Positions 1 through 9,727 of a stretch of 32,410 bases of DNA are shown here, piece by piece. The stretch covers positions 1 to 32,410 of the forward strand of contig JAVECL010000261.1 in the NCBI GenBank assembly GCA_051942245.1. Reading direction: 5' to 3'. The stretch comes from Trypethelium eluteriae. Lineage: Eukaryota. The notes beneath the pieces are model-generated. The model saw only the letters and a list, made by a program, of their open reading frames with translations, was not told where the DNA came from and ran no database searches. The stretch's first letter is position 1. Every line of letters starts with the position of its first letter. The position numbers were made by a program, and so were the translations under genes.

Positions 1-799
1 GTTGGGGTTGAGTGGGGATGAGGTGGAGGATGAGAGGGAGGTGTGGAGTGTGGGGAAGGTGGATCTGGGGGAGGGGAGTTTTGAGGAGTGAGGAGTGGGG
101 AGTGATGCTCCGTTGTGCAATGTGCAAGTGATTTTTGCATGTCCATATCCAATAATCTAAGGACTTGAATGTGAGAATATGATCCCTCGTACGCGTCTGG
201 CAGGATGGCAAACTCCACGATCATTTTTGATTCGTCGCGAAGCCCAAATGCAAACGGAATCAACATCATAACAAGCTTGCGATTCTCATCCAGCCAGCCA
301 TTCCTCACTTCCCTCCCAGCAACACAAAGAATGGGTAGAGCATACCGATATTAGGGACCGGGAAAGACGTTCCTGTAAGCATGGAAGATTCTTCTGGTCT
401 CCCGACTTCACTTTGGGTTTATTGAAAGATTTAACATATCCAACTGCGGTTCTCATCCATTTATGTAAATAATAGATACAGAAGTGGGTTCTCTTTGCAG
501 GTACAGCCCGTGAAAGTAAAGAAATAAAACCTTAAGCAAGGACATAACTTCGCTGAGGAGTAGACCTGATGCTTCCTAGCTGGTCAATCTGGGAAGAAAT
601 GTCGGGATACCGAGTCATGCTTGTACACTTTGCATGTGGGGCAAGAGGTGATTAATGGAGATATTCATAGGCGCATGGAGCTCCAAAGACTTCAATGCAT
701 TGGTGTCTAGATGGGACAGCCGCGCGGCATAGTTGCATCTGAAGCCAGATCCCTATAGTCGCAGGCCACAGTAGGATGATGCTCAGGTAAAGCGACATC

Positions 800-2551
800 T
801 CACCAAGTAATGCTCTTCGCCAAGGTCCACATGTTCTCCATCTTATTTCTCTGTAGCACCTCCTTCGCCTCTCCATCCGTCTCACACACTTTGCTACTCC
901 AGCGCTTGAATGCGCGTTGTTTTTCCTCTCCCTCCCACACAAGAGTACATCTGTTGGACGACAAATCCTTGAGCTTCCCATCTTCATCCTGAGACTTCAG
1001 CCACTGCGGCTCAGGTTGGTTGTTCCGCCCTTCCTTATTGGAAACCGTCATCCCGTTCTCCTCCCAGTCTATCCGTTCGAGCATGAGATGCTTGTATTTC
1101 TTCAATGCCCATTCGCCTCCCTCCACAATGACCAAATTCATTCGTGGGTGCAGGACTGTCATTCCCGTGAGCGAGTGCTGTTTTGCATTGATGTCAACCA
1201 AATATCGATGCTTTCCGAAACTGAGGTTCTCGATTCTGAAGATACAGCAGTGAATTCCCTTTAGCGCATCGTTCTCCTGGTTATCGGCCAATTTCTTGTG
1301 CTTCTGCTCTTTAGTGAGTTTGCGCTCTTCATTGGCCACTTCGTGTGCCAGTTTGCGCTCCGCAATCTCGCGGTTCACCCGAGCCTCGACAGCAGTCGGA
1401 TCTTTGACTGCTTGTTCGCCTAGAACACGCATAAGATTCGACTTCTTGACTTTAGGCGGTGGAGGTTCGACGAGGCCAAGTCTGATCTTGGCTTGCTCTT
1501 CTTTGTGCAGGGCATTGCGACGCTGTCGACGGAGTTTTGCTTGTTCTTTCGCTGTGAGATACATAGGTTTGGGAGCAGGTACGTTCTTGTCTTGAGGCGG
1601 ATCTATAAGGGCGGGATGCTGCACGTATACAGTGATTATGGTGTCTTCACCATCAAGTTTCATATTCTTCGGGTCATCGAGTGCGTCGTAGGATTGACCA
1701 TTGATCAGCCCTTCATCCCACCATTCAACATTTGGAGGTTCTGGAACTAGGAAAGCCTTCTCATTAGCTTCGTCCAGTCCTGCTTTGCGAGCAACTTGGG
1801 CAACTCTCTTCTTCATTTCCTCCAGGTGTACTTGGCGCCGGAGAGCATTAGCCTGAGCAATGTATTTGCCTTTCTGATTGAAAAGGAGCTGACGGGTCTG
1901 GCGTGGTTTCGCATTTGCTTGTCTACCCAGATTGGAGTCGTAGTAAGGATTGTTCTTCAGCTCTTCCATGCTTGGTCCTGAAAGATCAAGCTCCTGCTTC
2001 TTCTGCTTCCCTTTCCCCGTAGGCAGAGGCGATTCCGTACGTCTGTTGCCGATTGTCGTCGAGAACTTGGGTGCCATGGTCTGTCTGCCTTTCGACTTGG
2101 CATCTTGCCCGGACTCTCCCAGCAATGCCGGATGAACGCCGACACCGAGTCCACTTCTCTGCCTGGCCGACGGACCTTCATATTCTGATGGTTGCCATGC
2201 CTGATTAGGAGACGCGATCCTTGGTGGTGGAGTAGCAGCTGAGTTTGCTGTCGCTGCGCTGACTCGCGCTTTCAGAGCCTCAACTCGTGCTCGAGCTGCT
2301 TCGGCGGGCGTTTGGCCTGGTTGAGGCGCAGGCGAGGGTGATTGCTTTTGACTTCCAGCAGCAGAGGTCTTACCCAACTTTCCTTTGAGTGCATCTGCTC
2401 TTGCTCGGGCCTCGGCGATCTTCTTTTGCAGGTCCGTATTCTTCGTCGCTGAACCATTCACGGCTGGTGCAGGGGAAGCATTGTTGGACCGTGGTCGCTT
2501 TGGATCAGGCGTAGCAGCTCCATCATGTGGGTACGAACGCTTTTCGACCAT
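800..2551 (-). CDS. PRP3: U4/U6 snRNP protein Prp3 (583 aa, apparently intronless)
   Basis: Prp3 core motifs (EWWD, VYVQHP, PMYLTAKEQAKLRRQRR, KIRLGLVEPPPPKVKKSNLMRVLGEQAVKDPTAVEARV) and the C-terminal DUF1115-type region (INAKQHSLTG...VIVEGG...CTLVWEG). Confidence 0.95.
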   Translation of the reverse strand: MVEKRSYPHDGAATPDPKRPRSNNASPAPAVNGSATKNTDLQKKIAEARARADALKGKLGKTSAAGSQKQSPSPAPQPGQTPAEAARARVEALKARVSAATANSAATPPPRIASPNQAWQPSEYEGPSARQRSGLGVGVHPALLGESGQDAKSKGRQTMAPKFSTTIGNRRTESPLPTGKGKQKKQELDLSGPSMEELKNNPYYDSNLGRQANAKPRQTRQLLFNQKGKYIAQANALRRQVHLEEMKKRVAQVARKAGLDEANEKAFLVPEPPNVEWWDEGLINGQSYDALDDPKNMKLDGEDTIITVYVQHPALIDPPQDKNVPAPKPMYLTAKEQAKLRRQRRNALHKEEQAKIRLGLVEPPPPKVKKSNLMRVLGEQAVKDPTAVEARVNREIAERKLAHEVANEERKLTKEQKHKKLADNQENDALKGIHCCIFRIENLSFGKHRYLVDINAKQHSLTGMTVLHPRMNLVIVEGGEWALKKYKHLMLERIDWEENGMTVSNKEGRNNQPEPQWLKSQDEDGKLKDLSSNRCTLVWEGEEKQRAFKRWSSKVCETDGEAKEVLQRNKMENMWTLAKSITW

Positions 2552-2786
2552 GGTGATGGAATCTCACTTCTCTGCGTAAGGTCTTGTTCGACGAAGATCT
2601 TTAGATTTCTCGGAACAAGCAGCAGTGAAGGAAGTGAAGACTCACAGAGAGGCGGTCGGGGATGGCAGAATATCAGTTGATAGAAACACCAAAAGCAAGG
2701 CGGTGAACTTTTTCTGCCGAGTCGCGATATCTTGTCCCGCCTTCGACTTCAACACCGATATATCTGCTCTGCACAAGGCGGAGATC
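2552..2786. promoter_or_regulatory. Compact divergent (probably bidirectional) promoter shared by PRP3 and RPA190
   Basis: Only 235 bp separate the two head-to-head ATGs (2551 and 2787). Confidence 0.6.
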
Positions 2787-5700
2787 ATGGCAGGGCTACT
2801 CAACATCTCTCAGCCCATCTTCTCGAAGCTCGGCGGTGTCAATTTTGGGGTGCTCTCAGCCGACGAAATCCGGGAACTCTCAGTCAAGAGAATCTCAAAT
2901 CCAGTTACCTTCAACGCCTTACTCCATCCGAACCCGGGCGGCTTGTATGATCCTGCTCTGGGGCCTTACAGTGACCGACCGTGCGAGACGTGCCGACAGC
3001 TATATTCATGTTCAGGTCATTGCGGCCACATAGAGCTTCCCACACCCGTCTATCATCCTTCATTCCTTGATCAGTGTCTACGACTCCTTCGCGGCCAATG
3101 CATCTATTGCAATCACTTCAAACGCTCGAAATCAGAGAAACACTTGTTGTGCTGCAAACTTCGCCTTCTTCGGTATGGATTGGTTAAGGAATGCTCTCAG
3201 GTGGAAAATATCACCGACAGCACCAAGAAACAGTCCGAAGACTCCGACGTATCAGACAGCGAGCAAGCAAATATCCTCATCAATGCACGTAACAAATTCG
3301 TTAAAAAGGCCATTAAAGAAGCACGAGCTGCGGGATTGAGACCTCTGAGGGACATGGGCAAAGATGAGTCTGTTGGGGAAGCACGTGCAGCCGTCGTCAA
3401 AGATTTTCTGGCCAACATGACGAAAGGCAGCCGGTGTGCGAACTGTCAAGCTTACAACCCGAATTATCGAAAGGATGGGGCTCGCCAGATCTTCCGCAAG
3501 CCACTGCCACTGAAACACAGGCGGGCCATGCGAGATGCTGGGTTCATTTCCAAGAACCCATTAGTAGAAATTCAAAAACAAAAACAGGTCAAGACGAAAG
3601 ACATGAAGCAAAAGGCGGTGCATGTCGATGAGGCTGTTGCTGATCTAGACGAGCAAAGTCCTGAAGAGGAAGAAGGCGAAGACTTGGTTGAAGATGCCGG
3701 TATAACTGGTGGCGATACCTTCGAAGAAGAGGCAGCAGAGGAGAATGATATGGGCAATTCAGAGAAGGAGACCTATTTGACACCCATGGAGGTACGGGCT
3801 TCACTTATGACACTTTTCGAACGAGAGGACGAAATATTGCGGCTCGTCTACGGACCACAAACGTTATACAAGGACAAGGACAGCTTCGCTGGTGCGGATC
3901 TTTTTTTCTTGAGAGCGCTACTTGTTCCACCGAATCGGTATCGACCAGAAGCCAGAGCGGGGGACGATCAAGTGAATGAGTCTCCGGACAATGGCATCTA
4001 CAAGACGATCCTCACTCAATGCGAGAATTACGCTTCGATCAGTCGAATACTTCAAGGGCTTGAAGATCAGCCAAGACGGCCTCGTACAATTAATGATCTG
4101 AAAGCTGCCTGTGTTACAGTTCAAGATGCTGTGAACCACCTCATTGATAGCGACCGTGCAAATGCACTGCCAAGCGCGCGCAACCGTCTCGCCGAGGGTA
4201 TCAAGCAAAAGCTCGAGAAAAAAGAAGGTCTTTTCCGAATGAATATGATGGGCAAGCGTGTCAACTTCGCGGCAAGAAGTGTCATATCGCCCGATCCGAA
4301 TATACAGACCAATGAAATCGGTGTGCCTCTTGTCTTTGCAAGAAAGCTTACATATGCTGAACCAGTTACCGACCACAACTTTGCTGAGCTCAAAGAAGCG
4401 GTAATGAATGGCCCGAACAAATGGCCTGGCGCAGTGGCTGTCGAGGATGAGAAGGGGTTGGTCATGAATCTAAGATATAAGAACATCGAGGCCCGGCAAG
4501 CCATCGCTAACCAGCTCATGTCCACTGGACCTCGATCAAATGGGGCGCGGCCAAAGAAAGTCCATCGCCACATCGCAAATGGTGACATGGTAATCATGAA
4601 TCGTCAACCGACCTTACACAAGCCCTCAATGATGGCCCACCGAGTACGGGTACTACCCAGAGAGAAGACCATTCGCATGCACTATGCCAACTGCAACACT
4701 TACAATGCCGATTTCGATGGGGACGAAATGAATATGCATTTCCCGCAGAACGAGATTGCCCAGGCGGAGGCACTGCTAATTGCGGACACCGACCATCAGT
4801 ATCTCTCGGCTACAGCTGGGAAGCCTTTGCGAGGTCTCATCCAGGATCACATCTCCATCAGTGTCAGATTGACGCGAAAAGATACTATCTTTGACAAAGA
4901 AAAATATTTCCAGCTCCTGAATACAGCTCTAAGACCAGAGGATTGTCAAGCAACAGGTGGAAGGATCGCAATCCTACCTCCAGCTTTCCTTAAACCCAAA
5001 CCGATGTGGACTGGCAAGCAGGTCATTAGTACAATATTGAAGAATGTCATTCGACCTGATATCCCTGGCATCAATCTCGAGTCCAAATCCCAGCTTTCCG
5101 CGGATCAGTGGGGCCCAAACTCGGAAGAGTCCAAAGTGCTCTTCCTCGATGGTCAACTGTTAATGGGCATTCTTGACAAGAAACAGATTGGACCTTCAAG
5201 TGGTGGTTTCATCAACACTGTGTACGAGGCTTACGGCCATACTGCGGCTAGCAGACTACTCAGTGTTCTGGGACGATTGTTGACTCGAATGCTGAATACT
5301 CACGCGAATTCTTGCGGTATGGAAGACCTGGTTTTCACCCCATCAGGAGAGGCAAGACGAAAAGAGCTTCTCAAAGGCGCGGATGAAGTTGGTCTGAAGG
5401 TCGCTTCCAAATATGTCTCGCTCGAAAACAAGGACATCAAAGACGACGATCCTGTACTCTTGAGGCGCTTGGAAGAAGTTCTCCGTGACGACGGGAAACA
5501 AATGGGTCTCGATCAGATCACTAACAGTAGCACCAAAAACCTATCCTCTGATATCACTAAAAATTGTCTCCCGTCAGGTCTCATCAAGCCATTCCCTCGA
5601 AACCATATGCAGTCGATGACTAGTTCCGGTGCCAAAGGCAGTGGAGTCAATGCAAATCTTATTTCGTGCAATCTTGGACAGCAGGTCTTAGAAGGGAGAC

Positions 5701-7979
5701 GTGTTCCTGTTATGATTAGCGGCAAAACTCTACCTTGCTTCAAGCCTTTCGAGACGAGTATACGCGCAGGTGGATATATCGTCGATCGTTTCTTGACTGG
5801 CTTACGACCGCAAGAGACCTTTTTCCACGCCATGGCCGGTAGAGAAGGGCTGATTGATACGGCAGTCAAGACCGCTAGCTCTGGATACTTGCAGCGCTGC
5901 GTCATCAAGGGCATGGAGGGACTGAAAGTTGAGTACGATACGTCTGTCCGTGACGCGGATGGTTCGATCGTGCAGTTTCTGTACGGTGAAGACGGCTTGG
6001 ATATTGTCAAGGTTCCATACCTGTACGACTTCAAATTTACGGCAAACAACTTCATGGCCGTATTTGAGCAGCTGGGCTACCGAGATAATATTCAGTATTT
6101 CAAGAATGATGAGGCCGCCGACTACAACAAGGCTGCCATCAAGAAGGTTCGAAAGACCGGGAATGTAGCTGCAATGGACCCTGTGCTGGCGAAATACAAT
6201 CCGGGCCGTTGGGCCGGCAGTACCTCAGAAAAATTCTACAATGAGATCCGAGCGTATATCGAATCGAACAACGACAAGCTCATCCGTGATAAGAAAAAAG
6301 GAATTACCGGCACAGTATCAAAGGCGTCATTGACTGGAGTCTGTGACCTGAAATACCTGAGATCAACCATCGAACCTGGCGAACCTGTCGGAATTGTGGC
6401 TGGTCAGTCCATTGGTGAACCATCCACTCAAATGACACTGAACACTTTCCACTTGGCTGGTCACTCAGCAAAGAATGTCACGCTCGGGATCCCTCGGCTT
6501 CGCGAACTACTCATGACTGCGAGCGCCAGTATTAAGACTCCCACTATGACAATGCATATGGCAGCCGGCCATTCCAGTGCAGATGCAGATGAGATTGCAA
6601 AGAGCATTAGCAAAGTCGCTCTTTCCGACGTCATCGACACCGTCAAAGTGAAGGAACATGTCGGCTCCGGCGTCGCACATGGAGAGGCCAAAATCTACAA
6701 CATCCGTATCGAATTCTTCCCCTCAGGCGAGTACTACGGCGAATACAGCGTGACCCCCTCCGACGTCGTCGAGGCGCTCGAGACGGCGTTCCTTCCCCGA
6801 TTCATCAAGAGCCTCAGCAAAGAACTGAAGAAGAAAGTCGACGAAAAATCCCTCGCGACCGCCTCCTCGGACGCCCTCCCCGAAATCGGCAAGTCCGCAG
6901 GCGCCACCGAACAGCGCGAGGCCGCCGAAGCCGCCGAGCACGAAGGCGGCCTCGACGACGGCGACGACGGCGACGAGAACGACCCCGACCACCACGACGG
7001 CGACGCAACCAACACGAAGGAAAAGACGAACCAGAACCAAGACGTCGCGTATGGCGCCCCCGACGAAGACGAAGCGGAGTTCCTCCGCATCTCCCGCCGC
7101 GAGGCGTCCCCCGCCGAGTCAGAAGACGAAACCTACGGCGGCTCGCCGAAGCCCGCGCCTACAGACGGCGACGACATCGAAGACGACGAGGGCGACGGCG
7201 GCGACTGGACGGAGGCAGACCGCAACGCGATGGCGGAGGAAGCGCGCAGCCGCGAGTCGCGGATTAAGGGGAAGCACCACGCGGTGTCGGCGTTCAGCTT
7301 CGACGACAAGGCGGGCGGGTGGGCGGACTTCACGCTCGAGTACGACGCCAGCACGCCGAAGATCCTGATGCTGAATCTGGTGGAGCAGGGGTGTCAGAAC
7401 GCGGTGGTGCGGGAGGTGCCGATGCTGAGCACGTGTTTTGCGGGCGCCGAGAAGGTGGCGGGGCCCGATGGGAAAGAGATCGAGGTCCCGGTTGTGCATA
7501 CGCAGGGGGTCAATCTCATGGCAATGCGGGATATCCCCGGCATCGACAGCATCAATGTGAATAAGATCTTTACGAACGATATTGCGGCGATGCTGAGGCT
7601 ATATGGGGTGGAGGCGGCGCGGGCGACGATTATCCGTGAGTGTGATGCGGTATTCAGTGGGCATGCGATCAGTGTGGATGCGCGGCATTTGCAGCTCGTA
7701 GCGGATTTCATGACGCGTGGTGGTTCGTATCTGGCGTTCAATCGACATGGGATCAAGGGAAGTGTCAGTCCGTTTATGAAGATGAGCTTTGAGACAACAG
7801 TGGGTTTTCTGAGGGATGCGGTTCTGGAGGAGGACTGGGATGAGTTGAGGGGTCCCAGTGCAAGGATCGTAGCTGGCGCGATGAGTAAGGTGGGAACGGG
7901 CAGTTTCGACGTATTAATGGATGTTGCTGCACGAGACAATGACGAAAAACAAGAAAAGGAAGAAGAGATGGAAGAGTGA
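2787..7979 (+). CDS. RPA190: DNA-directed RNA polymerase I largest subunit (A190), about 1730 aa from ATG 2787
   Basis: Zn-binding CETC...CSGHCGHIEL, KKEGLFRMNMMGKRVNFAARSVISPDP, NRQPTLHKPSMM, catalytic YANCNTYNADFDGDEMN in the Pol I-type context, trigger loop TQMTLNTFHLAGH, and an acidic insertion. The ORF-track GTG at 2625 is not credible; the first ATG at 2787 has good context (atcATGg) and gives MAGLLNISQP. Confidence 0.96.
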   Translation: MAGLLNISQPIFSKLGGVNFGVLSADEIRELSVKRISNPVTFNALLHPNPGGLYDPALGPYSDRPCETCRQLYSCSGHCGHIELPTPVYHPSFLDQCLRLLRGQCIYCNHFKRSKSEKHLLCCKLRLLRYGLVKECSQVENITDSTKKQSEDSDVSDSEQANILINARNKFVKKAIKEARAAGLRPLRDMGKDESVGEARAAVVKDFLANMTKGSRCANCQAYNPNYRKDGARQIFRKPLPLKHRRAMRDAGFISKNPLVEIQKQKQVKTKDMKQKAVHVDEAVADLDEQSPEEEEGEDLVEDAGITGGDTFEEEAAEENDMGNSEKETYLTPMEVRASLMTLFEREDEILRLVYGPQTLYKDKDSFAGADLFFLRALLVPPNRYRPEARAGDDQVNESPDNGIYKTILTQCENYASISRILQGLEDQPRRPRTINDLKAACVTVQDAVNHLIDSDRANALPSARNRLAEGIKQKLEKKEGLFRMNMMGKRVNFAARSVISPDPNIQTNEIGVPLVFARKLTYAEPVTDHNFAELKEAVMNGPNKWPGAVAVEDEKGLVMNLRYKNIEARQAIANQLMSTGPRSNGARPKKVHRHIANGDMVIMNRQPTLHKPSMMAHRVRVLPREKTIRMHYANCNTYNADFDGDEMNMHFPQNEIAQAEALLIADTDHQYLSATAGKPLRGLIQDHISISVRLTRKDTIFDKEKYFQLLNTALRPEDCQATGGRIAILPPAFLKPKPMWTGKQVISTILKNVIRPDIPGINLESKSQLSADQWGPNSEESKVLFLDGQLLMGILDKKQIGPSSGGFINTVYEAYGHTAASRLLSVLGRLLTRMLNTHANSCGMEDLVFTPSGEARRKELLKGADEVGLKVASKYVSLENKDIKDDDPVLLRRLEEVLRDDGKQMGLDQITNSSTKNLSSDITKNCLPSGLIKPFPRNHMQSMTSSGAKGSGVNANLISCNLGQQVLEGRRVPVMISGKTLPCFKPFETSIRAGGYIVDRFLTGLRPQETFFHAMAGREGLIDTAVKTASSGYLQRCVIKGMEGLKVEYDTSVRDADGSIVQFLYGEDGLDIVKVPYLYDFKFTANNFMAVFEQLGYRDNIQYFKNDEAADYNKAAIKKVRKTGNVAAMDPVLAKYNPGRWAGSTSEKFYNEIRAYIESNNDKLIRDKKKGITGTVSKASLTGVCDLKYLRSTIEPGEPVGIVAGQSIGEPSTQMTLNTFHLAGHSAKNVTLGIPRLRELLMTASASIKTPTMTMHMAAGHSSADADEIAKSISKVALSDVIDTVKVKEHVGSGVAHGEAKIYNIRIEFFPSGEYYGEYSVTPSDVVEALETAFLPRFIKSLSKELKKKVDEKSLATASSDALPEIGKSAGATEQREAAEAAEHEGGLDDGDDGDENDPDHHDGDATNTKEKTNQNQDVAYGAPDEDEAEFLRISRREASPAESEDETYGGSPKPAPTDGDDIEDDEGDGGDWTEADRNAMAEEARSRESRIKGKHHAVSAFSFDDKAGGWADFTLEYDASTPKILMLNLVEQGCQNAVVREVPMLSTCFAGAEKVAGPDGKEIEVPVVHTQGVNLMAMRDIPGIDSINVNKIFTNDIAAMLRLYGVEAARATIIRECDAVFSGHAISVDARHLQLVADFMTRGGSYLAFNRHGIKGSVSPFMKMSFETTVGFLRDAVLEEDWDELRGPSARIVAGAMSKVGTGSFDVLMDVAARDNDEKQEKEEEMEE

Positions 7980-8531
7980 AGATGGGGATGAGTGACCAAG
8001 TAGTCTTACGATGTTAAGCATAGCAAGGATCGGCTCTGTTGCATCTGAATGGCGCAAGCAGTATTCAGCAAAGTTGACACCAGATAATCCTATAGGTGAT
8101 GGGATCAATTGATGAGTTAATACTAGCAGTTTCCATAATACTTATTGGCCCGTGTCGGGATTTCACCAGCGCGGGCGAACGTCGTTCGTCGATCTCGAAA
8201 AGAAGCTATGAAAGGGATAGTTGGTGCTCGAAAAGTAAAGTACATTTGGGGGATCGCATCGATCGAAAAGGGGGGATGGACTCGGATACAGATTCGTGGT
8301 CAGGGAACGACCGGTGGAGATTTCGACGTGCCGAGAGGTCTGAACCGAACTGCTGCTGCCATGATCAATTTAGATGTTTTTTCCATTCTAAAATCCACTT
8401 GCTGCAAATATCAATCTGATGACTTTCCCTTGCCGGAAGCTACTTCGAGATGAAAAGCCAATTGTCGCTGTCTGGAGGTTAATTTAGTTCCATATTCTTA
8501 ATTCTACATGTGAGCCTGGACTGGGATCCAT

Positions 8532-9554
8532 TTACTCAGCAGTGTCCAGTTCGTCGTGTGCGGCCGGTGGAGGCGAATCGCGGGCACCTTGAAGTTATCA
8601 GCGCATGGAAATGTCCAGACCATCGTCGAAGGAAGTCGAACCCTGTCTATCGTCACCGTTGGCTTCGCCGTCGCGCTCGCGTTCTCGGTCATCCTCTCGG
8701 TCACGATCCTTCATCTCACGATCGCGATCGTCGGGGCTGCGAGAACGGTCACGATCGCGACGTTCGTAATCCCTATCACGGCGATCATCATAGTCACGCT
8801 CGCGGCGGTCGTCCTTGCGAGGCGAGTAGTCACCGCGGCCACGACGAGCTGGTGGAGAGTAGCTACGATAGCGGCGTGGAGAGCGCTCACGTCGTGGAGG
8901 ACGGTCGCGACCACTACCAGAGTCAAAGCGCCAAGAAGCGGAAGGCGGAGTACGGGCCCACTGCGAAAAGAGGAATGAGCTTAAGATCAAGCTGGGGCAA
9001 ACCGGTTATACCTGCCTCGATTTTCAGAATATCTTCGCGTCCGATACGCCTGTTGTGCATCTCATGATAGGCATCATCAGCATCACGGCGACTCTCATAC
9101 TCCACAAAAGCAAACCTGTAATTGGTAGATTAGCTTCGTAGCCGGGTTAAGCAAGAATGAGTACGACTTACAGGCGAGATGAAGCACTTCGTGGCGCTGG
9201 GATATCACAACGCACAAGGCGTCCATACCTTGAAGAAGAGATGTCAGAATCAACGTACAGATATAGCTTTTTGTCATTGATCGCAGCGATGGGAACGACG
9301 ACGAAGGGTCGGGGTTGGGGATAGCTATTGGGGAAGACTATCGAGACCGTGCGGCCGACGTGAGGCAAACGATCGTGCGGACAAAAACAGATCGCGTTTT
9401 CGCATCGATCGAGTCGATCGGCGAGGAAATGCTGGACGAGGATGGCTTTCGAGGTTCACGGTGGGACATACTTCTCGAATTCGTAGGCAAGGTCGCGGGC
9501 GCGCGTGCCATGGCCGAAGCCAGTGACGTAGAGAGTCGTACCGCCACGAGACAT
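8532..9554 (-). CDS. srp1: SR-family pre-mRNA splicing factor (Srp1-like; RRM plus RS/RD domain), 204 aa. Exons 9554-9472, 9228-9172, 9115-9016, 8960-8642, 8587-8532
   Basis: The spliced product reads [93 protein letters not shown]...RERSPRRYRSYSP...AHDELDTAE*. It has RNP2 LYVTGF and RNP1 FAFVEY. Exon phases are consistent (total 615 nt). Donors are GTATGT, GTAAGT, GCAGGT and GTTCGA. Confidence 0.9.
8961..9015 (-). other. Non-canonical GC-AG intron (intron 3 of the SR gene, 55 nt)
   Basis: Only GAG|GCAGGT...tttcgcag|TGG joins KIE to WARTPP in frame. The GT 4 nt downstream causes a frameshift. Confidence 0.85.
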
Positions 9555-9727
9555 CGTCGCTGGCGAAATTACGGAAGCGTATAATTTGATGGGCAGAGAC
9601 AGTAGTGCTAGAACTCCTATGCTCGCCCGAAAAGGAAGAGTAAGGTTGACGGAGTCAAGAGATGTAGGTGCAAGAGAGAAAGGAATGTCTATGAGTAGAG
9701 GTTTTAGTTGTGCCTGAAAGGCGGTAG

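Noticed and set aside
2625..2786. 54-codon GTG-initiated N-terminal extension of RPA190 in the ORF track
   Set aside because: It is a prokaryotic-style start call. Recognisable A190 sequence begins at ATG 2787 and the extension lies in the shared promoter.
6723..7999. Several overlapping antisense and alternate-frame ORFs in the RPA190 3' region
   Set aside because: They are expected from high GC content and scarce stop codons, and have no recognisable domains.
8510..9067. 185-aa and 140-aa plus-strand ORFs
   Set aside because: They are antisense shadows of the repetitive RS/RD-coding exon of the SR gene.
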